Shown: positions 10,486-20,582, numbered from the stretch's first letter. The stretch is DNA of 64,000 nucleotides from an uncultured Gemmatimonadaceae bacterium (GCA_963740355.1 CAVUDW010000003.1:1792001-1856000); one strand, 5' to 3'. A program made the numbers and translations. Notes: generated by a model not told the origin, from the letters alone.

Positions 10486-10732
10486 TACGGATCGCCCTCG
10501 GCGGCGTGACGAGCACACAAAGGACAGTCTAGTCGACCGTCCCCCGCCAGACCGCATCCGAGCACCGCGCCACGCCGCACGCGGAACGCGTTGCCACACG
10601 CGTTCAACGCCATCGACCGCCCAGCGCAAACACGAGGGCGGTCGACACCCGAACGCATCGACCGCCCACACACCGATCAACCGCTACTGATGTTTCAGCG
10701 AATTCCGAGCGCGTCGCGCTGTCGCGGCAGGA

Positions 10733-11278
10733 CTACTTGAGCTTGAAGGTCAGCCCAACGCTCAACGTGGCCGAGCCCGCACCAGCATCCGCGTACAGCG
10801 CCATGTTCGGCTTGAGGAAGTACCGCCCGCCGATGCGCCCGATGAAATACACCGCACTGTTCGAGCAGAAGTCCACGTTGCCGGACGGCCCGTTGTACGA
10901 ACAGTTGATGATCTCGTAGCCGAGGCCCGCGCCGAGGAAGGCATCCAGCTTCTTCTTCGGATCGATCTTGAAGTGGTAGTTCGCCGTGGCACCGATCGGC
11001 AGCACTTTCACGCTCGAGCTGTAGACGCCCGCGCTGCTGGAGTAGCTGTAGTAGTCAGCACTCACGCCGATACCGAGCAGACCATCGCCGAGGTCGGGCA
11101 GCTTCTTGAAGATGCGCTCGAATCGACCGCCGAAGGCAATGTTGGCGTTCCCGACGTTGCCCAGGCCCACCACTACGCCGGCGTCCGTGTACCCCAGGCC
11201 CACCTGGGCCTGGGACTGTTCCGCCGACAGCACCAGCATGCCCAGCACCAGCCCCGCACCCACGAGCGCTCTGCGCAT
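10733..11278 (-). CDS. Small outer-membrane beta-barrel protein (paralog 2)
   Basis: Shares IFKKLPDLG, PIGAT.NYHF, FLGAGLG, GLTFKLK with 9878-10402. Confidence 0.8.
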   Translation of the reverse strand: MRRALVGAGLVLGMLVLSAEQSQAQVGLGYTDAGVVVGLGNVGNANIAFGGRFERIFKKLPDLGDGLLGIGVSADYYSYSSSAGVYSSSVKVLPIGATANYHFKIDPKKKLDAFLGAGLGYEIINCSYNGPSGNVDFCSNSAVYFIGRIGGRYFLKPNMALYADAGAGSATLSVGLTFKLK

Positions 11279-11400
11279 AGTCCCTTCCTCGTCAATCCGT
11301 TTCGTGGCAGGCAGGCGTCCGGCCGTCGTGGCTGGACGTCCCTCGCGTCGCCGCCATGCGGTGCATGGCTACCTGCCCCTCTCCTTACGAAACGGGACGT

Positions 11401-11424
11401 TGGAACCCGTCATGGAACCCGTCA
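11401..11424. repeat. 12-bp tandem direct repeat (TGGAACCCGTCA)x2
   Basis: Read directly; upstream of OMP paralog 2. Confidence 0.6.
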
Positions 11425-11482
11425 CGACTGCGCGCAACCGCTGCGGCCGCACTGCACGCCGCACGCGACGACGTGCGCGACG

Positions 11483-11857
11483 TCAGGCGGCCTTGCAGGT
11501 CGTACAGCGCCCGAAGAGCATCACCTCATGCCCCTCCGTCACGAAACCGCTCGGCGCCAGCTTCTGGATGTCGGCTGGGCACCCCTCCACTTCGAACACC
11601 TTGTCGCAGGTGCGACAATGGAAGTGGTGGTGGTGGCCCAGATGCGCCACTTCGTAGCGCGGCGCTTCGCCCGGGACGTCGATGCTGAGAATTTCCCCTT
11701 CATCGACCAGGGTCTTGATCGTGCGATACACCGTCGCGATGCCCATCGACGGGACTTCTGCCTTCGCCGCGTCGAGCACTTCGGCGGGCGACAGGGGCCG
11801 GTGCAGCGCGCTGAACACGCGTCGGATGGCGCCACGCTGCCTGGTATTCCGCTCCAT
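11483..11857 (-). CDS. Fur-family transcriptional repressor
   Basis: TRQR, IATVYRT, HHHHFHCRTC, C-terminal CTTC; GGAGG RBS. Confidence 0.92.
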   Translation of the reverse strand: MERNTRQRGAIRRVFSALHRPLSPAEVLDAAKAEVPSMGIATVYRTIKTLVDEGEILSIDVPGEAPRYEVAHLGHHHHFHCRTCDKVFEVEGCPADIQKLAPSGFVTEGHEVMLFGRCTTCKAA

Positions 11858-11918
11858 CTGTCCTCCGCCCTCAGGCGGCTGGGGGTCGACCTGCTCGCGA
11901 GACCGTTCGTGAGCAGTC

Positions 11919-11953
11919 AATCTCATTAATGAGAATGATATGATAACGAGAAT
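11919..11953. promoter_or_regulatory. Fur-box-like operator in divergent promoter
   Basis: Perfect palindrome TCTCATTAATGAGA (11921-11934) and GAGAAT/GATA-type hexamers in an AT-rich patch. Confidence 0.6.
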
Positions 11954-11999
11954 CGCACCCGACCGCGAGTCATCTTCTCAAAACCACTAGCTTCCCGCC

Positions 12000-12572
12000 A
12001 TGCGCGCCACCCTTGGCATCACCGCCCTCGCCCTGCTTGCCGCCTGCGGCACACCCGCCTTCAACGGCGTGGTGCTCGATCCGCCCGAGCCTGCGCCGGC
12101 GCTCCAACTCGCTGATTCGACCGGCGCCCCATTCGATCTCGCGGCACAAAAGGGCAAGGTCGTGCTGATCTTTTTCGGCTACACGCACTGTCCTGACGTC
12201 TGCCCGACCACCCTGCTCGATTGGCGCCACGCGGCCGATTCCCTCGGCGCAGGCGCGGCCGCCAAGGTCCGTTTCGTCTTCGTGAGTGTCGATCCCGAGC
12301 GGGACACCCCTGCCCTCGCGCAGCGTTATGCCGCGCGTTTTGCTCCGGCGTTCATCGGCCTCACGGGAACGCGCCCACAAGTCGATGCCATGCTCGCGTC
12401 GTGGAAGCTGGCGGCATTTCGTGATGGTACGCCCGGCGACACGAGCATGACCTACACCGTGAGCCATCCCTCGCAGGTGTTCGTGGTGGACAGGGACGGG
12501 AAACTCCGGCTCATGCACCGCGCGGGTCTGACGCCCGCACAGATCGCCTCAGACATCAAGGCCCTATTGTGA
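12000..12572 (+). CDS. SCO1/SenC copper-binding lipoprotein
   Basis: LAAC lipobox, FGYTHCPDVCP, VSVDPERDT, conserved His (VSHP). Confidence 0.93.
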   Translation: MRATLGITALALLAACGTPAFNGVVLDPPEPAPALQLADSTGAPFDLAAQKGKVVLIFFGYTHCPDVCPTTLLDWRHAADSLGAGAAAKVRFVFVSVDPERDTPALAQRYAARFAPAFIGLTGTRPQVDAMLASWKLAAFRDGTPGDTSMTYTVSHPSQVFVVDRDGKLRLMHRAGLTPAQIASDIKALL

Positions 12573-13075
12573 ACCGCCACCTACAGATGCGGCCCCGCGT
12601 CGTGACATCGCTCGAGCAGCCCGAGATCACGCCGTCACGCGGCACCGCGCGGCATGCCAGGTCGCTGCTTGCACCGCTGCTGATGTGCGTTGCAACCGCC
12701 TGCAGCGCCAAGGAGAAAGTCGTCGATACCTCGGGGGCGCCGCACATGCGGCCCGCCGAACAAGGTGCGTCGTCGGCGGTCTACTTCATGCTGCGCAATC
12801 CTGGCGCCGACACACTCGTGCTCCACGGTGTCGAGATCGACGTGGCGGGCGACGTCTCGCTGCACCGGTCGATGGAGATGAATGACATGGCGAGCATGCA
12901 CCCCGTCGACTCGATCATCGTCCTGCCGCATGACTCGGTGGCATTTGCCGAGCGCGGGCTGCACATCATGGCGTCCAACATGCGCACCGCGATCAAGGCC
13001 GGCGACACGATCGTGGCTCGGCTGTTGTTCCGACCAGCGCGCGTCGACACCCTGCGCATTCCAGTCCGTGAGTAG
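12569..13075 (+). CDS. Copper chaperone PCu(A)C
   Basis: SAVYFMLRN, H..M...M...M and GLHIM motif. Confidence 0.85.
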   Translation: MNRHLQMRPRVVTSLEQPEITPSRGTARHARSLLAPLLMCVATACSAKEKVVDTSGAPHMRPAEQGASSAVYFMLRNPGADTLVLHGVEIDVAGDVSLHRSMEMNDMASMHPVDSIIVLPHDSVAFAERGLHIMASNMRTAIKAGDTIVARLLFRPARVDTLRIPVRE

Positions 13076-13427
13076 TGCGGTTCGGCGCGGCATGACGGTG
13101 GCGGGAATCGTCGCGCTCACGGCCGTGGCAGCCTGGTGGGGGTGGCCGCGCCCGGCCCTCGACCTCCGCGTCGAACTGGGCGGCCGTGGCGTCGTGGTGG
13201 ATCGCTGGGGTCGCACGACACCGCTGCCAGAGACGCTGTTCGTGGCCGCCACCGGTCGCACCACGAAGGTGCGCCTCGACAACCGCGACACCACCTACCA
13301 GACCCTCGGTATCTTTGGCGCCGCCGCGAACTCGGAACGGAGCTTCAGCGTTCCGCTGCCGGGAGTCTACGGCGGCTACTGCTCGGCTCACGCCGCCAGC
13401 AAGACGATCACCTACGTGGTGCAGTAG
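13068..13427 (+). CDS. Small membrane-anchored cupredoxin-like protein
   Basis: N-terminal TM; PGVYGGYCSAH; GTG overlaps the upstream gene. Confidence 0.55.
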   Translation: MSSAVRRGMTVAGIVALTAVAAWWGWPRPALDLRVELGGRGVVVDRWGRTTPLPETLFVAATGRTTKVRLDNRDTTYQTLGIFGAAANSERSFSVPLPGVYGGYCSAHAASKTITYVVQ

Positions 13428-13462
13428 ATACCTTCAACCTTCACCAGCTGACGAGCCGCATC

Positions 13463-14110
13463 ATGGTTGTCACAGCCGAAGCGAGGCATCGAGAAGAGAT
13501 CGCCAATGCCATCACGCATGGTGTTGGCGCATTGGCGAGCGCTGCAGCCGGAGCGGTGCTGGTGACACTGGCCGCGCAGTCGGGGACACGCCTGCAGTTC
13601 GTGAGCGCGCTGGTGTTCGGCACGTCGCTGCTGCTGCTCTACACCGCATCGACGCTCTACCACGCCATTCCGTCGCAGTCGGCAAAGCGTCGCCTGAAGG
13701 TGTTCGATCACTGCGCGATCTACACGTTGATTGCCGGGACCTACACCCCGTTCGCGCTGATCGGACTGCGCGGCACGGTGGGATGGTGGCTCTTTGGCGT
13801 GGCGTGGGGGCTGGCCGCCCTCGGCATCACCTTCAAGCTGTTCTTCACGGGCCGCTTCAAGCTGTTCTCGACGCTGGTGTACATCGGCATGGGCTGGATG
13901 GCCCTGTTCGCAATTCGGCCGATGATCACGAACATTCCGCTTCCCTCGCTGATCTGGCTTCTGGCCGGCGGCGTGGCGTATACGGCCGGCACGATTTTCT
14001 ATCACAACGAGAAGCTCCGCTATTCGCATGCGGTCTGGCATCTCTTCGTGCTGGCCGGGAGCGTCTGCCATTTCATCGCCGTGATCAGCCAGGTCGTCCC
14101 GACGGCCTGA
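13463..14110 (+). CDS. Hemolysin III / PAQR membrane protein
   Basis: EEIANAITHG, STLYH, DHCAIYTLIAGTYTP, HAVWHLFVLAG. Confidence 0.92.
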   Translation: MVVTAEARHREEIANAITHGVGALASAAAGAVLVTLAAQSGTRLQFVSALVFGTSLLLLYTASTLYHAIPSQSAKRRLKVFDHCAIYTLIAGTYTPFALIGLRGTVGWWLFGVAWGLAALGITFKLFFTGRFKLFSTLVYIGMGWMALFAIRPMITNIPLPSLIWLLAGGVAYTAGTIFYHNEKLRYSHAVWHLFVLAGSVCHFIAVISQVVPTA

Positions 14111-14273
14111 GGGCCGCTGCCCGAGTCGGACTCGGGCAGGCGGGGGCAGAGGTGGCGCGGCCCGGGCGATGGGACCGCGCCGGCAATCAACTATCTTTGG
14201 GCGTTCATCTGCGTCCCGTTGATGCTTCGCCTGATTCTCTGCGCGCCCCAGTTGGCGCCGACTGCCTCGCCCA

Positions 14274-15260
14274 ATGACCTCTCCGACTGCCGCGCCGGTT
14301 TCGGCGTTTCTGCGCCACAATTTCCGCCACTTCAATGCCGCGGCCCTGATCGAGGCCGCTGACGGCTACACGGCGCACCTCGCCAGCGGCGGCAAGATGT
14401 TCGTGACGATCGCTGGTGCCATGAGCACGGCCGAACTGGGCGTGTCGCTGGCCGAGATGATTCGGCAGGACAAGATCCACGGCATCAGTTGCACCGGCGC
14501 GAACCTCGAGGAAGATGTCTTCAACCTCGTGGCGCACGATTTCTACGAGCGGATCCCGAACTGGCGCGACCTGACCCCGGAGCAGGAACAGGACCTGCTC
14601 GAGCGGCACATGAATCGTGTCACCGACACCTGCATCCCGGAAATGGAGGCGATGCGTCGGATCGAGAGTGTGGTGCTGGAAGAGTGGATTGCGGCCGACA
14701 AGGTCGGTGCGCGCTACTTCCCGCACGAGTTCATGTACAAGATCCTGCTCTCGGGCAAGCTGAAGGACAGCTACCAGATCGACCCGAAAAATTCCTGGCT
14801 GCTGGCTGCAGCTGAGAAGAACCTGCCGATCATCGTTCCTGGCTGGGAAGATGCCACGTTGGCGAACATGTTCGCCGGCCATGTGATCACCGGCGATGTG
14901 AAGAACGTGCACACGGTGAAGACCGGCATCGAGTACATGATGTTTCTCGCCGAGTGGTACACGCAGGTCACCAAGGACTCGTCGCTCGGCTTCTTCCAGA
15001 TCGGCGGCGGGATCGCGGGCGACTTCCCGATCTGCGTGGTGCCGATGCTCCATCAGGACCTGCAGCGGGACGAAGTGCCGTTGTGGGGGTACTTCTGCCA
15101 GATCAGTGACAGCACCACCAGCTACGGCTCATACTCTGGTGCTGTCCCGAACGAGAAGATCACCTGGGGGAAACTGGGCGTGAATACACCGAAGTTCATG
15201 ATCGAAAGCGACGCCTCGATCGTCGCGCCGCTGGTCTTCGCGCTGGTACTTGGCCAGTGA
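14274..15260 (+). CDS. Deoxyhypusine synthase-like protein
   Basis: AGAMSTAE, TGANLEED, IGGG, SYSGAVPNEKITWGK. Confidence 0.9.
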   Translation: MTSPTAAPVSAFLRHNFRHFNAAALIEAADGYTAHLASGGKMFVTIAGAMSTAELGVSLAEMIRQDKIHGISCTGANLEEDVFNLVAHDFYERIPNWRDLTPEQEQDLLERHMNRVTDTCIPEMEAMRRIESVVLEEWIAADKVGARYFPHEFMYKILLSGKLKDSYQIDPKNSWLLAAAEKNLPIIVPGWEDATLANMFAGHVITGDVKNVHTVKTGIEYMMFLAEWYTQVTKDSSLGFFQIGGGIAGDFPICVVPMLHQDLQRDEVPLWGYFCQISDSTTSYGSYSGAVPNEKITWGKLGVNTPKFMIESDASIVAPLVFALVLGQ

Positions 15261-15655
15261 TGACGCGACGCCTGCTGACCCGTGTGGCGGCATTCGCGCT
15301 GGTCGTTGCCGTGCCGTTGGCGGCTGGCGCGGCAGCGCGGCACCTGAAGCTGATCCGCAGTGAACCGTTGGCGAATGCCCATCTCACCGCATCGCCGACC
15401 GAGGTGAAGCTCTGGTTCACGCAGCGTCCGGAGCTGACCGTGACATCGATCAAGGTCAAGTCGGGCACGGGTGCAGCTGCAGTGGAACGTGCGCTGGCCC
15501 CGTTGGCCCGCGCGGCAGCGGCCAACTCGCCGATCACCGCTCCGATTGGCGCGGCGCTGGCGGCTGGGCACTACGAGATCGTCTGGCGCACCATGGCGCG
15601 TGATGGGCATGTGCTGAACGGTGTGATTCCGTTCGACGTCGGCGCAGCGCACTGA
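15257..15655 (+). CDS. copC: Copper resistance protein CopC
   Basis: HLKLIRSEP, LWF, WRTMARDGH. Confidence 0.88.
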   Translation: MMTRRLLTRVAAFALVVAVPLAAGAAARHLKLIRSEPLANAHLTASPTEVKLWFTQRPELTVTSIKVKSGTGAAAVERALAPLARAAAANSPITAPIGAALAAGHYEIVWRTMARDGHVLNGVIPFDVGAAH

Positions 15656-15679
15656 TCACGACGCGGATCACTGCACGCT

Positions 15680-16603
15680 GTGGAATGGATTGTTGCACGA
15701 TGGGTGACCTTCGTTGCCACGATACTGGTGGCGGGGGTCTGCGCGATCGGCCTGGCGGTCATCCCGCGCGCCGCGATTGACGACGTCACACGTCGAGCCA
15801 CAGCGCGTGATGCTGCCCGTGTGGGGATCGGTGCCTGCCTGGCGCTGATCCCCGCGTCGTTCCTGCGCCTCGCGGATCAGGTGATGGCGCTGCAATCGCC
15901 GGGCGACCCGATGTTCACGGGACTAGACGCATTGCTGTCGTCGACCACGTGGGGAACGGGATTTCTTTGGCAATCGGCGGCGATGCTGCTGGCGCTGGCC
16001 GCGCTCGTGGTCGCGTCACGCACACCGCAGGCGACGTGGGTGTGGGTTCTCGCCACGATCGGCGCAGTCGGACTGTGCGCCACTCCGGCCATGCAGGGTC
16101 ATGCCATCGGCAATGAGAACTACACGCTGATTGCGGTGTCCGCCGATGTCGCACATGTGCTGGGCGCCGGCCTGTGGCTGGGTGGCATCGGTGTGATTGG
16201 ATTTCTCGGCGTGACGCTGCCGAATGCCGATGGCGTGGTGGTCCGCGATCGTGGGGCGTTGGCTGATGCACGACTGCGACTGCTCGTGCCGCTGATTCCG
16301 CCGGTCGCCCTCACCGGTGCAGCGCTGCTCCTGGCCAGTGGCGTGATTTCGACGGTACTGGGGCTGCGTGAGCTGAACGAACTATGGACCACCGCGTGGG
16401 GCCGGTACGTCTCGATCAAGGTGGTGTTGGTGGGCTGCATCACGGCGCTCGGCGCGCTGAACTGGCGCAGACTCGGTCGACGGCTCGATGCCCTGACGGG
16501 TGTGAAGGCACTGCGGAAGTCGTTGCTGATCGAGCTCGGGATTGCGGCCCTCGTGCTGATGGTCACGGCGCTGCTGGTCGTGACCGGACTGCCAGGCGAG
16601 TGA
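15680..16603 (+). CDS. copD: Copper resistance protein CopD family
   Basis: Multi-TM; GHA, AHVLGAGLWLGG, WGRYVSIK; follows copC. Confidence 0.85.
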   Translation: MEWIVARWVTFVATILVAGVCAIGLAVIPRAAIDDVTRRATARDAARVGIGACLALIPASFLRLADQVMALQSPGDPMFTGLDALLSSTTWGTGFLWQSAAMLLALAALVVASRTPQATWVWVLATIGAVGLCATPAMQGHAIGNENYTLIAVSADVAHVLGAGLWLGGIGVIGFLGVTLPNADGVVVRDRGALADARLRLLVPLIPPVALTGAALLLASGVISTVLGLRELNELWTTAWGRYVSIKVVLVGCITALGALNWRRLGRRLDALTGVKALRKSLLIELGIAALVLMVTALLVVTGLPGE

Positions 16604-17299
16604 TCAGCTGATCGATTCGAGTCGGAGCACTTCCGGCTCCGGCGTCCCGTGCCATCGGTACTCGAGGTGTTGGCCCTGCGTGACCGGGAGCAAGACGCGC
16701 GGCCGGTAGATCACCACACACTCTCCTGCCGGGCGCCGCACGCTGTTCCAGACGATGCCGACATCGCCGCGCGCACGACACGACTCACCGAAGGGCTGCG
16801 AGTCGCTGTAGTCGTTCGGATCATAGAGTGAGGCGTTCGTCGATTGCAGGCTGCGAAGGTCAACCAGTCGTGCATCGAGTGCGGTGATGAACTCACGCAT
16901 CGTGATGGTGGCGTCGAATCCCATCTCCGACGCAGCGAGGCGGCGCGTGTGATGATAGACCGTCTCGCTGATCGCGGTTGGCAGGTCGCGCGCGGCGTAC
17001 CATGCGCCAAGCCGCGGACCATTGAAGCGGCCCCCGTCGGGCGCGGCGTGCAGGAAAGCCGCCATCACGATCGTGGCACCGGGCACCCCGACCACCCAGT
17101 CCGGCTCCGCCATGATCGCGCTCCGCTCGAGTGCGATGCGAATGCGATCGTTGGTGAGGCTCTCCAGCTCCATCGCGGCAATCGCATCGCTGGGCGACGC
17201 CACGCGATCGAAGACACCAATGGGTGGAAAGCGCGACGGCACCAATCGATGTGTCCGGCCCCGCACCCGCGCCGATGCCGGCGCGTGCAGCTCGCTCAC
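16604..17299 (-). CDS. RES-domain toxin (NAD+ phosphorylase family)
   Basis: HRLVPSRFPP, GRF, AISETVYH, SQ.FG, WNSVR; GTGA overlap with antitoxin stop. Confidence 0.88.
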   Translation of the reverse strand: MSELHAPASARVRGRTHRLVPSRFPPIGVFDRVASPSDAIAAMELESLTNDRIRIALERSAIMAEPDWVVGVPGATIVMAAFLHAAPDGGRFNGPRLGAWYAARDLPTAISETVYHHTRRLAASEMGFDATITMREFITALDARLVDLRSLQSTNASLYDPNDYSDSQPFGESCRARGDVGIVWNSVRRPAGECVVIYRPRVLLPVTQGQHLEYRWHGTPEPEVLRLESIS

Positions 17300-17739
17300 G
17301 GCCAACTGCCGCGCCAGGCGTCGAGATATCGCCGCACGGCGTAGAGATCCTCGATCGATCCGCGACGCATCCGTTCGAGCGGTGAGTCTCCCGCAAAGTC
17401 AGGGTCGCGATTGTGTGCCTTCAACCAGCGCACTCCCGTCGCGTCATCGGAGAACAGCAATCGGAGCGCCTTGTAGATGCCGAGCAGCAGGGACAATCGT
17501 TCGAGCTGATCGCGGGACGGCGTGCCGACGTCGCCGAGCTTCCATTTGTGGTACGTCGATTCGGCGATGTCGCCGAGCAGGGTCCGCCGCGTCGCGACCG
17601 GGAGCTGCCACTCGTCGGCGATGGCGAGGAAGGTGCGCATGCCGGCCGCCCCGAGTCGGCGCGCCTCCAGAGGTGCGATGTCGCGTAGCGCGACCGTAGC
17701 GGGTGCGCTCGCGTGCTGGGCTGAAGCAGTTGACTCCAT
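17296..17739 (-). CDS. Xre/MbcA/ParS antitoxin
   Basis: FLAIADEWQL, ERLSLLLGIYKAL, VRRYLDAWRG. Confidence 0.88.
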   Translation of the reverse strand: MESTASAQHASAPATVALRDIAPLEARRLGAAGMRTFLAIADEWQLPVATRRTLLGDIAESTYHKWKLGDVGTPSRDQLERLSLLLGIYKALRLLFSDDATGVRWLKAHNRDPDFAGDSPLERMRRGSIEDLYAVRRYLDAWRGSWP

Positions 17740-17985
17740 GAACGGAGTATTACTCCCGAATCGATGGTAAACAAGGGCCGGCGCACTGGGTAACAGCCGT
17801 TGCAGTGTGGATCGCCGGACACCGATACCTTGGAGCGGCGGCGTGCGTTTGCTAGCCTCGTCACAGCACGGATGCGAACGTGCATTCATGAGCAGGCCAT
17901 CAGCAGCTCCTCCGGACGCAGTCGAGTCTGCTCCTTCGCGTGGGAGCCGTACCCGTGCCCGACGGCACAAGGATCGTGTGTGAGA

Positions 17986-18516
17986 ATGCGCATTTCGTTG
18001 GCCCTGCTGTCGTTGTGCACCGTGGTCGCGTGCTCGAAGAAGGAGCCCGCCGCCAAGGCCGCAGAGGCGTTTCATCCACCGGAAGTCGGTGAAATCGCGC
18101 CCCAGTTCACGGTGGCAACGCTGGGCGGTGATTCGGCGCGCATCGGAGGCTCGGCGAAGCAACAAGTGACCCTGGTGAATGTGTGGGCCACCTGGTGCGG
18201 GCCGTGCAAGGCAGAGTTTCCGGAGCTGCAGGCGCTGCACACGACCTATGGCGCACGTGGGTTGCGCGTGCTCGCGATCTCGATCGACACCGACGATGAC
18301 GCGGCTGTCGCCGCGAGCGCGAAGTCGATGGGCGCCACGTTCACGATCGGTCGCGATCCCAACGACCAGATCCGCGGGCAGTTCGCCGCGGTCGGTATTC
18401 CGGAGAGTTTTCTGGTCTCGTCGGATGGGCATCTCCTGTGGCGGCACTCGGGTGCGATTCCTGCCGGCGACCTGACGGTGCGCAAGGCGGTCGACGGCGC
18501 GCTCGGTGGCAGCTGA
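17986..18516 (+). CDS. TlpA-family thiol-disulfide oxidoreductase lipoprotein
   Basis: VVAC lipobox, NVWATWCGPC, GIPESF. Confidence 0.9.
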   Translation: MRISLALLSLCTVVACSKKEPAAKAAEAFHPPEVGEIAPQFTVATLGGDSARIGGSAKQQVTLVNVWATWCGPCKAEFPELQALHTTYGARGLRVLAISIDTDDDAAVAASAKSMGATFTIGRDPNDQIRGQFAAVGIPESFLVSSDGHLLWRHSGAIPAGDLTVRKAVDGALGGS

Positions 18517-20481
18517 ATGGACTTGCGCCCCCCGCGCGTGACACCAGTCGCCTTCGAGGCCATCAGCGTCGAAGGCCGCGATCTGTCACGGTTGCTGGCG
18601 GAGACGATCGAGGCAGCCGTGATCACGATCGATCCGGACGGGATCGTCAGTTATGCCTCGAGCTACTTCGAGGAGCTGTTCGGCTTTTCTGTGGCGCGTT
18701 TCGTGGGGACGCACTTCACGTCGCTGATGACGGAGAAGGAGCGGAACATCGCGATGATGCTGCTGGAAAAAATGACGAGCGGCGCGCGCTTCCCGATTGC
18801 AACCTGGCTGCTGCGTCGTGCCGATGGCACGTCGATCTGGGTTGAAACGCGGGTCACGATCATTCGCGACACCGGCGATGCGGTGACGGGCTACATCACC
18901 GTCACGCGTGACATGAGCGAGCGGCGGCTGGCGCAACAGACGCTGTTGCGCACGCGCGCCGACTACGACGCGTTGGTGCGGCGCGCGGTGTACGGCGTCT
19001 ATCGCGCCGAACGCAACCAGCGGGTGCTGGACGCCAACCCGGCGATGCTCGAACTCCTCGGCTACGACACGCGCGAGGAGTTGATGGCGCTCGACCTGGC
19101 GGTGGACGTGTATGCCGATGTGTCGGATCACGAGTGGTTGGTCCGCACGGCACAGAAGGGGGAACTGGATGACTGGGTCGAAGTCACCTGGCGACGCCGC
19201 GACGGTGAACTGATCGACGTCCGACTCTCGCTCCGCATGGTGGAAGACGAGGAGGGCGGTCCGCCGGTGTTCGAAGGCATCGCCGAGGATGTGACGGAAC
19301 GGCATCGTCGCGATGAGCGGCTGCGTCGCAGTGAGCGCATGGCATCGCTGGGCCACATGCTGGCCGGTGTGGCGCACGAGCTGAACAACCCGCTGGCGGC
19401 CATCTCTGGATTCTCCCAGCTGTTGCTACGCGGCACCTGGCCGGCGGACGACCGCAAGGCACTGGAGACGATCGGCCGCGAGGCGCGGCGTGCCGAACGC
19501 GTGGTGCGCGACCTGCTGACCTTCGCCCGTCAAGGCAACGTGACGCGCAGTGAGCTGGTGGACCTGCACGGCGTGATTCGGCACATCGTCGACACGCAGC
19601 GATACGCGCTCGACACACGCGGCGTACGTGTCATACTCGCGCTGGCCGATGAACCGGTCTACGTGCAAGGCGATACGGCGCGGCTGGAACAGGTGATCCT
19701 CAACCTGGTGGTGAACGCCCGTCAGGCGCTGGAAGCGATGCGCGGCGAACGCGCGATGGTGCAGGCTCCGCTCGAGCTCCGCATCAGCACGGAGCTGGAT
19801 CTGAACTATGTGATCGTGAAGGTGGCGGATAACGGCGCGGGCATTTCGCCGTCGCTTCTGGGACGGATCTGGGATCCGTTCTTCACCACGAAGGAGGAAG
19901 GGGTTGGCACTGGGTTGGGGTTGAGCGTGGTGCACAGCATCGTGACCGAGCATGCCGGCGTCGTCGACGTGCACAGCGAGTTGGGGCGTGGCACCGAGTT
20001 CCTCGTGCGCCTGCCGATGGTGGGCGCGCCGGAGGCCGCGGAATCGGACACGATGCGCACGACTGGCGAAGTGGCCGTCCCGCCCGGCGCGGATGGGGTG
20101 CCGATGGGCCGGGCACTCGACATCCTGGTGGTGGACGACGAGGCGGCGATCATCAGCTTCCTCACCCGCTTCCTCACCTCGCGCGGCCACGCGGTGGTCG
20201 GCGCCAGTGACGGGATGCACGCGCTCCGGATCGCCGAGCAGTTCGCCTTCGACGTGGTGGTGTGCGACCTCCACATGCCAGAGATGGATGGGGTGGAATT
20301 GATCCGGCGGATGCGGATGCTGCCCAGCTGCGCGGGAACGCGGTACGTGCTGAGCTCCGGCGATGGCCCGGGGTCGCCGATGATGGGCAAGGCCGAGGCG
20401 CTGGGGGTGGACGGGCTGCTGGCCAAGCCGTACACGATCGACCAGTTGGTCGCCGTGGTCGAGGGCACACCGGCGCCATGA
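18517..20481 (+). CDS. Hybrid sensor histidine kinase (2xPAS-HisKA-HATPase-REC)
   Basis: AHELNNPL, NLVVNA, DNGAG, PFFTTK, GTGLGL, VVDDE...CDLHMPEMDG. Confidence 0.93.
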   Translation: MDLRPPRVTPVAFEAISVEGRDLSRLLAETIEAAVITIDPDGIVSYASSYFEELFGFSVARFVGTHFTSLMTEKERNIAMMLLEKMTSGARFPIATWLLRRADGTSIWVETRVTIIRDTGDAVTGYITVTRDMSERRLAQQTLLRTRADYDALVRRAVYGVYRAERNQRVLDANPAMLELLGYDTREELMALDLAVDVYADVSDHEWLVRTAQKGELDDWVEVTWRRRDGELIDVRLSLRMVEDEEGGPPVFEGIAEDVTERHRRDERLRRSERMASLGHMLAGVAHELNNPLAAISGFSQLLLRGTWPADDRKALETIGREARRAERVVRDLLTFARQGNVTRSELVDLHGVIRHIVDTQRYALDTRGVRVILALADEPVYVQGDTARLEQVILNLVVNARQALEAMRGERAMVQAPLELRISTELDLNYVIVKVADNGAGISPSLLGRIWDPFFTTKEEGVGTGLGLSVVHSIVTEHAGVVDVHSELGRGTEFLVRLPMVGAPEAAESDTMRTTGEVAVPPGADGVPMGRALDILVVDDEAAIISFLTRFLTSRGHAVVGASDGMHALRIAEQFAFDVVVCDLHMPEMDGVELIRRMRMLPSCAGTRYVLSSGDGPGSPMMGKAEALGVDGLLAKPYTIDQLVAVVEGTPAP

Positions 20482-20582
20482 AATCGGCGGCGGCAGGGCA
20501 CACGCTGCTTCCCGACCATGTTATTGTTGTCTCAGCCGGTGGATAGGCCCCGGTTTCCCGTCGCACGAGGAGCTTTCGCCCG

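Noticed and set aside
17740..18447. 383-aa version of the antitoxin
   Set aside because: Extension is antisense to tlpA; the family length fits a start at 17739
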